A stretch of DNA of 15,336 nt from Octopus sinensis (GCF_006345805.1 NW_021825516.1:1-15336); one strand, 5' to 3'. Positions 6,477 through 14,613 are shown, counted from the stretch's first letter. Numbers and translations are program-made. Notes: a model not told the origin generated them from the letters alone.

Positions 6477-8938
6477 TCTCTTTGATAGGTTTCCGATAAC
6501 CCTTAATGTTTCTGTAGGGGTAATGTGACCCCTATATGATTAGAATCCCATCGACATACATCTGTGGCTGTAGACGGCAGAGATAATCTGGACACAATGT
6601 CTCCATCCTCAGAAATATACAACAAGCAATCATGGTTGATGTCAGACACCACCAACTGTCCATTGGACAGATTACATATTTCGCCAATGACAAGTTTTTG
6701 GTCATTCTCCTTTTCTTTGAGTCGTAGATTTAGATTTCTGATGTAAGGATTTTTAATGGGTAAAAGGCAGGCAGACGACCGGTCTTGATACTTGTAAAGA
6801 AGAACCCTGTTGAGTTGAGTGTCCGGGACATAAAGAGTTCCTTGGAAAACAGCAATGTGAGGGTGAACAGGGAAAGGCAGTTCCCACTGCCATTTCATTT
6901 GTCCATATAGATCGTAACATCTGAGAATAGAGTGTCTCCTGAAGAGGACATAGAAATAAACATTATCAGAGTAGATGTGATGAGGGTAGCCATAGAATGG
7001 AAGGTATTTTTGAAAAAGTTCTTCACCACATGTGGAATAAAATACCATTTTATTTTCGTTTCCATCTATGACTACAAAATTAATTGGAGTTGCAGCAATG
7101 CTGACATTATGATGTCCCAGAGAAATTCTTTCTGCAATGTCAACTTTATCTTCGTTGATCAATAGGATATGGACCTCGCTTTTGTTTTCAGTGGTGGTCA
7201 CAGCTAGACACTTATTTGATACAACATGACATATTTTCAGGTAACCAGTTTGCACCTTTATTAAAGGGCCTTTTCGTAGTTCAGGACAGGTGATATACTG
7301 AAACCCTTTCATTTCAAGATAAAATACCAGGAATCTGTTTGCGTTTATTCTACAACAGAAAGAAGGAAGCTCAAGGAAAACTGAATTATTTTGGTTAATT
7401 ATTCCCCGTTATCAGTGAATAATTTAGCTTCTTGTTTTTTTGTAAATTATTAATATAGAAGATGTAGACATAGGTAGAATATTTGTAATGTTGTAGCAAT
7501 CCTCAATATCAATATAGTCTTTTAAACTGGGGTATGTAGCTGGTGGTTGTATGACAGTTGGGCCAAAAGTCTTTATTCATTTGAATACCATGTGGTTTGC
7601 CGCAATAATCTGTTACCAAAATGGTATCTTTACCAACAGAAATAGAGCGGCATTTCCTGCCAATGTCCCTCCTGTTACACCACCTTTAGCTGAAATCCTA
7701 TAAATTATTTGTCCCTGAAGGACATAGAAATAATTTGTAGAGAGAGATTTTACTTGGGAGGTGCAGAGAATGGGTCTCTACCTCCCATAACTGTTGGCCA
7801 TCCAGTTTGTAACAGATTACTCTGTTGATGCTGGCGAATGTAATTACAAGTATATTCTGGACCCCTACAGCATATCTGTAGGGGTTTCTTTGGTAATAAA
7901 TTGATAGTTAATGGTATTATCCTCCCAATCAAATTGGTAAACTATCTTACCAAACATTTCTACACCTATAAGTGTAGAATCTTCCAAGTAACTCACCATA
8001 TGTAACCCCAACTTTATCCTTTTGATCTTTAAGGTTTTGGGGCTGATAATAAGAATCATTTCTTGGAAGGGGAGGGTTGCCAGAACCATGTCTTCACTGA
8101 TTCTTGTGAAACTGGTCACAGAAGATGGACAATGGACATCAATTCTGTCACTGTCTCTTGTTACTAAACTTATTGTCTTACAAAGGTGGGAATATGTCAT
8201 CACTCCCTCCTCTATGATGACAATATTGGATATTATTGGGATTTCTTCAAATTCTTCTCCAGATTCCTCAATATTTGCTTCTCTGGTCACAACTGGCTGA
8301 AGAGGCCGAAATTTTGTGGTTACTTTTGCTGGTTCAATGGTCTTCCATCTGTATGGATTGCTGGTGACATAAATGTCAAAGAGTCTTTGTTGAAACCATT
8401 CGAGGTCCTGCTCAATAGAAATATTCTGTTCTTTAGTATATTTCAGCAAAATTCCAAGTCTCTCTTTGACCTTTTCTAAAATACGATTGGCACTTAACCC
8501 CAGACTTTCATAATGTTTGCTCTCCTTAACTATATGCTCCATAAACATCATGCAGCGATCATATTGAAGACAAATCCTCTCTATTTTAGCAACTATTTGT
8601 TTTTCAGTTTCTTTTGTGCTTTCTTTGTCTCCATGTGTGTTGAGTCTTGCCACAGATATGGCCTTCACTGCTGATTCTCTCTCTGAACTAACACTACAAT
8701 ATCCTTCATCACTTCTCCTTGAACCATCATCTTCCTCGTATTTACCCGTTTTATTGTCAACTTTATCATCCCATTTTGGTGTCGAGTCCCTTAAAGCTCT
8801 TTTCTGGGTATTTTCTTCACTTCTCCTTGAACCATCATCTTCCTCATATTTACACCTTTTATTGCCAACTTCTTCATCCCATTTTGGTGTCGAGTCCCTT
8901 AAAGCTCTTTTCTGAGTATTTTCAGTCTGGTCTTCCAT
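3357..8938 (-). CDS. Reconstructed frameshift-interrupted gene, about 1,860 aa: N-terminal charged/helical region plus six tandem NHL/TolB-like beta-propeller modules
   Basis: Three collinear ORFs are bridged by hand-translated segments that carry the same blade motifs. 5,582 nt is about 1,860 codons. There is no signal peptide. No GT-AG intron is needed to join the pieces. The fold assignment is inference from blade-like motif periodicity. Confidence 0.75.
6503..7402 (-). CDS. Middle part (module 2 and start of module 3)
   Basis: The 269-aa ORF frame is open upstream to 7408 (IINQNNSVFLELPSFCCRINANRFLVFYLE-MKG). It contains NHL-like blades (GQLVVSDINHDCLLYISEDG, GTLYVPDTQLNRVLLY, DVCRWDSNHIGVTLP). 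Confidence 0.85.
   Translation of the reverse strand: MINQNNSVFLELPSFCCRINANRFLVFYLEMKGFQYITCPELRKGPLIKVQTGYLKICHVVSNKCLAVTTTENKSEVHILLINEDKVDIAERISLGHHNVSIAATPINFVVIDGNENKMVFYSTCGEELFQKYLPFYGYPHHIYSDNVYFYVLFRRHSILRCYDLYGQMKWQWELPFPVHPHIAVFQGTLYVPDTQLNRVLLYKYQDRSSACLLPIKNPYIRNLNLRLKEKENDQKLVIGEICNLSNGQLVVSDINHDCLLYISEDGDIVSRLSLPSTATDVCRWDSNHIGVTLPLQKH
7403..7868 (-). CDS. Multiply frameshifted coding bridge (end of module 1, start of module 2), absent from the ORF track
   Basis: Hand translation by segment: 7868-7733 VGVQNILVITFASINRVICYKLDGQQLWEVETHSLHLPSKISLYK; 7732-7671 YFYVLQGQIIYRISAKGGVT; 7670 to about 7560 RDIGRKCRSISVGKDTILVTDYCGKPHGIQMNKDFWP; about 7535-7435 SLKDYIDIEDCYNITNILPMSTSSILIIYKK; 7434-7403 QEAKLFTDNG. 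Confidence 0.75.
7865..8938 (-). CDS. N-terminal part, 357 aa (duplicated charged repeat, helical region, first half of module 1)
   Basis: ATG in good context (ACT ATG G) just after a splice acceptor. Complex coding sequence. The blade motif PSSVTSFTRISEDMVLATLP aligns with the blade-2 motif of later modules. Confidence 0.85.
   Translation of the reverse strand: MEDQTENTQKRALRDSTPKWDEEVGNKRCKYEEDDGSRRSEENTQKRALRDSTPKWDDKVDNKTGKYEEDDGSRRSDEGYCSVSSERESAVKAISVARLNTHGDKESTKETEKQIVAKIERICLQYDRCMMFMEHIVKESKHYESLGLSANRILEKVKERLGILLKYTKEQNISIEQDLEWFQQRLFDIYVTSNPYRWKTIEPAKVTTKFRPLQPVVTREANIEESGEEFEEIPIISNIVIIEEGVMTYSHLCKTISLVTRDSDRIDVHCPSSVTSFTRISEDMVLATLPFQEMILIISPKTLKIKRIKLGLHMVSYLEDSTLIGVEMFGKIVYQFDWEDNTINYQFITKETPTDML
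8709..8923 (-). repeat. In-frame 108-bp (36-aa) tandem duplication within the CDS
   Basis: 8709-8815 matches 8817-8923: ENTQKRALRDSTPKWDEEVGNKRCKYEEDDGSRRS versus ENTQKRALRDSTPKWDDKVDNKTGKYEEDDGSRRS. Confidence 0.97.
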
Positions 8939-8945
8939 AGTGAAT

Positions 8946-8970
8946 CTGTAAAGAAATATAAGGAAAACAT
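8946..8970 (-). promoter_or_regulatory. 3' splice acceptor upstream of the large exon
   Basis: The minus strand reads ATGTTTTCCTTATATTTCTTTACAG|ATTCACTATG, with AG at 8947-8946. Confidence 0.75.
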
Positions 8971-10142
8971 TTAGCTTTGTGAAAATATTGAAGTTTCAGG
9001 GAGATGATGTTTGCTTCATTATTTGAAAAACACCAACAAAACATTTATGTATTTCTGTCAGTGAATTAATCTTGTCTAATTAATATTTAAACAGCTTATT
9101 ACAATCTATTCTAAGATGTATTAATAAGTTTCATTAATTACATGGAGTCTAAATATTAGAAATAATTATTTTCACTGGAAATGATATTTGCTCTCAACAT
9201 CACAAAGAAATAGTCATGTGTGGCTTAGATTTATTTAACGATAATTAGTCAAAGAGATTCCCCTGCTCCAAAAGCACTCAATAACGAGACACACTAAGCT
9301 GTAGAGAAAATTAACTTTAATTGGTGTACATGCTATATTATGTCCCAACACACAGCAATCATGTTCAAACTTCGTTAACATGGAACAATTAGCAAAACAT
9401 AGACTTTATTATGTTTCATAGACATTTGTCAGGTACAAGTATTACTAATGATGTGACAGTCATGGTTGGCTTGGTTTCCATCATATTTACCTGGATTAAC
9501 AGATACGAATAAAGCTGGAGATGAAACTGTTCTTAACCTGACAAATGCTGTAAATCTCTCGACATTTCAATATAATCCACACAATTATCATACACAACAT
9601 TGATTAACTCGGAAAGCTTATCCAAAGATGGGCTTTCATATAATCACACTGATAGACAGCATGTTGAGAGGATCGTTATTATTTGTTGCTGATTGAGATA
9701 ATAAAGATTGGTTAATGAATAAGCCCAATTAATTATCTTTAATATAAGGGACAATGTTTGGGTAGCAATGAGAAAGATGTGTTTGTATGAAAAAGGGGTT
9801 TGGCAGGTGAAGTGTGTTTTGTTTTGTGTTAGGTGAGGAGTTATAACTTGGTGTAGTTTATTATGAAGTATTGGGGGTTTAATGAGGTGGATTAGGAAAT
9901 ATTGCTGGGGCTGTTTAATCACATTGTGGTGACCCATCATCATCAGAATGATCCTCCACCCCTCCTTGGTCTATGAAATAATAACTGTTACTCTATTGAC
10001 CCCAGGAGGAATGAAAAATAAAAGAGACCTTCTTCAGGATACACATACATATATATGTATATATGATAGAATGAATGTGTATAATATATACACAAGGATG
10101 CACATATGTATATTTATACATCCATACGTCTGTATGTATGTA

Positions 10143-10315
10143 TGATGATCATCATTTTACCCCCACTTTCCATGCTGGAATGGGTTGGATGGTTCAAAGA
10201 ATATCTTGCCTGAAGTTACATTTTCTGGTTTTCTTTCTGCAGCTGGATGCTCTTCCTGACACCAACCACTGCACAATGTGCACTGGGTGCATCTTATGGC
10301 ACCATCACTAGAGAC
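10143..10315 (-). mobile_element. Copy of the RTE-type 3' tail (SINE or short LINE fragment)
   Basis: The minus strand reads GTGGTTGGTGTCAGGAAGAGCATCCAGCTGCAGAAA...CCATCCAACCCATTCCAGCATGGAAAGTGG...ATGATGAT, matching 12012-12159. Confidence 0.75.
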
Positions 10316-10740
10316 AATCGCCATGACCTTGACAAAACTAAAGGTTCCCCTCAATCTCTGGGTGTGACATATACCTTGGGATGTGTGAGAGATCTAGGGT
10401 AATAAATATATGAAAAGGAGTGGCTGAGTGTTGGGGAGAGACTCAGGTAGGTCCAGTAACATCCCTAGTTTCATTGGAAGAATGGTGAAGAGAAGAGATT
10501 TACTGCCAATCTTTGTCACAGCAATAAGATAGAGTAAAAAGAAGAAGAGAGAGTGATTGAGAGATGAAAGATAGAGGTAGGGGTGATAGGGGCGTGACAG
10601 TAGGGACTCAAGGTCCAAGAGTTGACACTCATCAAAGTGGTGTTTGGAGGTCTGGGAATATACCTCCAAAGAACCAGTTTGATAAATGCTAATAAACGAA
10701 ACTTTTGGATTTTGGGTCACTTTGTTACTTCTGCTAAATA

Positions 10741-10742
<2 letters not shown>

Positions 10743-10775
<33 letters not shown>
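10743..10775. repeat. (TA)n microsatellite at the 5' junction of the LINE
   Basis: Direct reading. Confidence 0.95.
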
Positions 10776-10777
<2 letters not shown>

Positions 10778-10778
<1 letters not shown>

Positions 10779-12159
10779 CAAAGGGCCTTAGAGTCAACCT
10801 AGCTAAAACCAAAGTCCTACTAAGTGGGAAGGCAAGCAAACCACAAATCCTTTCAGGTAGATGGCCCTGCTCGATCTGTAGTTGAGGTTTGGATAGAAAC
10901 TCTAAGATGTACCCAGTGTAAGCTATGGACACATAAGAGGTGCAGCAATATCAAAGGAAGGCTAACTGGGAAGATAGCTTTTGTATGTGGCAGATGCTCG
11001 GGTGCAATAAACACTGAAAATGCGCAGAGAACAACTTCCGCCACATTCCAGGAAGAAAAACTAGAAGTAGTTGATAGCTTCTATTACCTAGGTGACCAAG
11101 TCAGTAGTGGGGGAGGGTGCGCTGAAAGTGTAGCTGCTAGAATAAGAATAGCTTGAGCAAAGTTCAGAGAGTTCTTACCTCTGCTGGTGACAAAGGGCCT
11201 CTCGCTCAGAGTAAAAGGTTGACTGTATGACGCATGTGTACGAACAGCCATGCTACATGGCAGTGAAATATGGGCTGTGACTGCTGAGGACATGCGTAAG
11301 CTCGCAAGGAATGAAACCAGTATGATCCAATGGATGTGTAATGTCAGTGTGCATACTCGACAGAGTCTAAGTACCTTGAGAGAAATATTGGTCCTAAGAA
11401 GCAGCAGATGTGGTGTACAAAAGACAACTGCACTGGTATGGTCATGCCGCAAGAATGGATGAGGATAGCTGTGTGAAAAAGTGCCACACCCTAGCGGTTG
11501 AGGGAACCTGTGGAAGAGGTAGACCCAGGAAAACCTGGGATGAAGTGGTGAAGCATGACCTTCGAACTTTAGGCCTCACCAAGGAAATGATTAGTGACAG
11601 ACACTTTTGGAAATATGCCGTGCATGAGAAGACTCGGCAAGCCACATGAGAACATAACCTCGTGGCCTATGCCAGGGGCGTAACCAGCCCACTTATGCGT
11701 CCCTTTTCCTTCTTTGGACACTAAAACTCTGCTTGCGAAGACCTGTTGATGCAAGTGAAATCAAAATCAAATCCGATGACTGGCATCTGTGCTAGCGGGG
11801 AGCAAAGAGCACCATACGAGTGTGATCGTTGACAGAGTGGCTAACCAGCTTCCGTGCCAGTGGCACATAAAAGTCGCTTGATAGTTACCAGCATTGCCTT
11901 ACTGGCACCTGTGCCGTGGCATGTGTAAAAGATTTGAGCAAGGTCGTTACCAGTATCACGTGACTGGCCCCGTGGCGGTGACACGTAAAAGCACTCACTA
12001 CACTCTCAGAGTGTTTGGCGTTAGGAAGGGCATCCAGTTGTAGAAACTCTGCCAGATCAACATTGGAGCCTGGTGCAGCCATTTGGCTCGCCAGCCCTCA
12101 GTCAAATTGTCCAACCATGGTTGCATGGAAAGTGGATGTTAAACGATGATGATGATGAT
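10778..12159 (+). mobile_element. 5'-truncated, inactive RTE-clade non-LTR retrotransposon (end of RT, C-terminus, 3' UTR, (GAT)n tail)
   Basis: Motifs KGLRVNLAKTKV (late RT), VDSFYYLGDQV, KG*LYDACVRTAMLHGSEIW, LHWYGHAARM and GRGRPRKTWDEVVKHDL. Premature TGA codons near 11155 and 11219 and frameshifts near 10903 and 11420. The ORF ends at 11649 and the (GAT)5 tail spans 12145-12159. Confidence 0.9.
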
Positions 12160-12656
12160 ATATACATAAATGGACATATGTAAATATATGAATATACCTT
12201 CACGTACCCGTGTATAAATGTTTGTGTCTATGTATGTTTATAGCTATGAATCAATGAACGACAAAAGAACAAGAGTTACGTAGACACCTTCATTAGCTTC
12301 CAGCTGTTTCTGCTACAAGAAGCAGTGAACTCGAGCTGAGTGTGTGTGCGCATAGGTGTCTGTGCATTTGTTTATGTTTGCAATGTCTTTTAAGTTGCTC
12401 CAGGCAGAAACATCTGTCAACCAATCACCCCCACCTTGGAAGACATGGGAAATAAGAACTTTTGTTCTTGCAAAATGGTTTTGGGTGAGCAATAGGAAGG
12501 CTGTCTGTCTGTAAAACAAGGCTACAATAATATATTCACCTAACCCATGCTAGCATACAAAATCAGATGTGCAATCAAACATAAGTAAACCCATGTTTAT
12601 ACATTCATATACTCTTATGCACGCATAAACACATACACACACGTGTATGTGTGCAT

Positions 12657-12790
12657 CTGGTGTTAAGAAGATCATCCTGCTGTAGAAATCTTGCCAAATC
12701 TTTCATTGGAGCTCAGCAATGTCCTCTGGTTCACTGCTTCCTCATCAACTGTCCTACCCATGCCAGTTAGGGAAAATAGATGTCAAAACC
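12657..12790 (+). mobile_element. Degenerate copy of the RTE-type 3' tail
   Basis: TCTGGTGTTAAGAAGATCATCCTGCTGTAGAAATCTTGCCAAATC...CATTGGAGC...CTGTCCTACCCATGCCAG aligns by eye with 12014-12140. Confidence 0.6.
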
Positions 12791-12911
12791 TTTATAATAT
12801 ATCAGGTGGTGTATTTTCTTTTTTGTATTTTCTCTCTCATAATCTTGTTTTGTTTCTTGCCAGGTTCTTGTGAGTGCCACTCAGTCAAGTCTATGACTAC
12901 ACTCGATGAGG

Positions 12912-13355
12912 GTCACCAATCCTCAGTTGGCTTCAAGCAAGAGAATATTTCCCCAAGTTCTTCCAACATGAACAGCACAATGGTTGGATATGTTTTCTGG
13001 TGGAACACTGCAAACAAACGACCCTGTTTGTTTGACGTGACATTTGTTTATAATAAGCAGCAGATGTCAAGACAAGGAGACGTGTGCAGACGCGTGCAGA
13101 CATATGCACACACACACACACACACACACACATACATGTATACACATATATGTACAAATGTAGATATGCATACATGAATATACACACACATGTATATACC
13201 ATAGGCTTTATCAGTTCCATGTACGAAACGCACTCACAAGGCTTGAATCAACCTGGAACATTAGAAGAAGTTAATTCTTTAAGGTGCTGCAAAGTGGGAC
13301 TGAACCTGAGACCACAAGGTTCTGAAGTGAATTTCTTAACCATACAGCCATGCCC
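12912..13355 (-). mobile_element. tRNA-derived SINE with an internal (TG)n tract, 3' part missing
   Basis: The minus-strand head has an A-box-like TGGCTGTATGGTT (13350-13338) and a B-box-like GGTTCAGTCC (13306-13297), then GCCTTGTGAGTG, a (TG)n/(TA)n tract and a body GTCTCCTTGTCTTGACATC...GGGGAAATATT. I recall this arrangement from octopus repeats. Confidence 0.6.
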
Positions 13356-13393
13356 CCAACTTTTTTTGGTAATATTTTGAAGATAATAATAAT

Positions 13394-13600
13394 CCTTTCT
13401 ACTATAGGCATAAGGCCTGAAATTTTGGGTGTGGGGGGTTAATTGATTATGTCACCCCCCAGCCCCTAACTGGTTCTTATTTTATCAATCCCAAAAGGAC
13501 GAGGGGCAAAATCAACCTTGGTGGAATTTGAACTCAAAATGTAAACTTGGAAGAAATGATGCAAAGTATTTTGTCTGGCATTTTGTAACAATTCTGCTTG
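13394..13600 (-). mobile_element. tRNA-derived SINE, copy A
   Basis: B-box GAGTTCAAATTCC on the minus strand (13535-13523). 13512-13536 is identical over 25 bp to 13992-14016. Confidence 0.8.
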
Positions 13601-13610
13601 TTCATAACAT

Positions 13611-13688
13611 TAATAATAATAATAATAATAATAAGGAGAAGAATATCAATAACTATAACAATAACAACATCAATAATAATAATAATAA

Positions 13689-13736
<48 letters not shown>

Positions 13737-13854
13737 TATAACAATAATAATAATAATAATAAAAATAAAAATAATAATAATAATAATAATAATAATAATT
13801 GATAATAATAATAATAACAACAACAATAATAATAACAACAACAACAGCAATGAT
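13611..13854. repeat. (AAT)n microsatellite with AAC variants
   Basis: Direct reading. Confidence 0.97.
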
Positions 13855-13878
13855 TAAAAAAAATTTTTTTTTAAATGA

Positions 13879-14086
13879 TTTCCAGTTTTGGCGCAAGGCC
13901 AGCAAGTTTAAGGAAGGGTCCAGTCTATTACACTGACCCCAGTACTCAACTAGTACTTAATTTATCGATCCAAAGAGGATGAGAGGCTAAGTCAACCTTG
14001 GTGGAATTTGAACTCAGAATGTAAAGATGGACAAAATGCCGCTCAACATTTTGCTTTGCTTCCTCACAATTCTGCCAGCACGTCAC
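13879..14086 (-). mobile_element. tRNA-derived SINE, copy B
   Basis: The minus-strand head starts GTGCTGGCAGAATTGTG, with B-box GAGTTCAAATTCC at 14015-14003. The central core GCCTCTCATCCTCTTTGGATCGATAAATTAAGTAC resembles the Nin/Deu-type SINE domain as I recall it. Confidence 0.8.
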
Positions 14087-14087
14087 A

Positions 14088-14116
14088 GTAATTATAATGA
14101 TAATGATAATAATAAC

Positions 14117-14201
<85 letters not shown>

Positions 14202-14243
14202 TAATAATAATAATAATAATAAGAAGAAGAAGAAGAAGAAGAA
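14088..14243. repeat. (AAT)n followed by (AAG)n microsatellite
   Basis: Direct reading. Confidence 0.97.
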
Positions 14244-14251
14244 GTAGAATG

Positions 14252-14366
14252 CTTTCTTACAATAGGCACAAGGCCTGAAATTTGGGGTGAGGGGACTAGT
14301 AAATTACATCGCCTCCAGTGCATAACTGGAACTTATTGAATCGACCCCAAAAGGATGAAAGGCAAA
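14252..14366 (-). mobile_element. 5'-truncated SINE, copy C
   Basis: ATAGGCACAAGGCCTGAAATTTGGGG...TCGACCCCAAAAGGATGAAAGGCAAA matches copies A and B. The tRNA head is absent. Confidence 0.8.
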
Positions 14367-14473
14367 TTAATAATAATAATAATAATGATAGTAATAGTAA
14401 TTAATAATAATGATAACAACCCTTCCTTTCCTATTTTATATCCTTCATATGTCCTTCTCTTCTTTTACTTTCT

Positions 14474-14497
14474 TCTCTCTCTCTCTCTCTCTCTCTC
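14474..14497. repeat. (CT)n microsatellite
   Basis: Direct reading. Confidence 0.95.
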
Positions 14498-14613
14498 ATT
14501 CCCTTTCTCCTTTTCAATATCAACTTCAACATTTTATTTCCCTTTTACATAAACATGTATATATTATGTGTGTGTGTGTATTTATATAGTGTACATGTAT
14601 ATATGTATATATA

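Noticed and set aside
7861-7885. A-to-I editing of the hairpin-embedded UAG to UIG (Trp) as a rescue, attractive given cephalopod recoding
   Set aside because: Read-through gives only WGSRIYL before a TAA. The coding continuation is in another frame, and editing cannot repair indels.
3491-8940. Short plus-strand ORFs opposite the large gene
   Set aside because: They are antisense shadows with no coherent protein features.
9423-9547. 12-bp inverted repeat CATTTGTCAGGT/ACCTGACAAATG as MITE ends
   Set aside because: There is no target-site duplication, and one such pair is plausible by chance in 15 kb of AT-rich DNA.
9925-9950. Minus-strand CTGATGA as a Penelope-type hammerhead core
   Set aside because: No GAAA follows a stem II. 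It is probably a short (GAT)n run.
9722-10145. Plus-strand frame open under the invertebrate mitochondrial code (NUMT candidate)
   Set aside because: The translation resembles no mitochondrial protein I recognise.
10394-10720. 108-aa minus-strand ORF as a gene or retroelement domain
   Set aside because: No recognisable motif in any frame I translated. The open frame is explained by pyrimidine-rich composition.
13856-13872. A8T9 self-complementary run
   Set aside because: Low-complexity sequence at a SINE tail junction.
13528-14552. Asn- and Ile-rich ORFs
   Set aside because: They are translations of (AAT)n tracts and SINE sequence.
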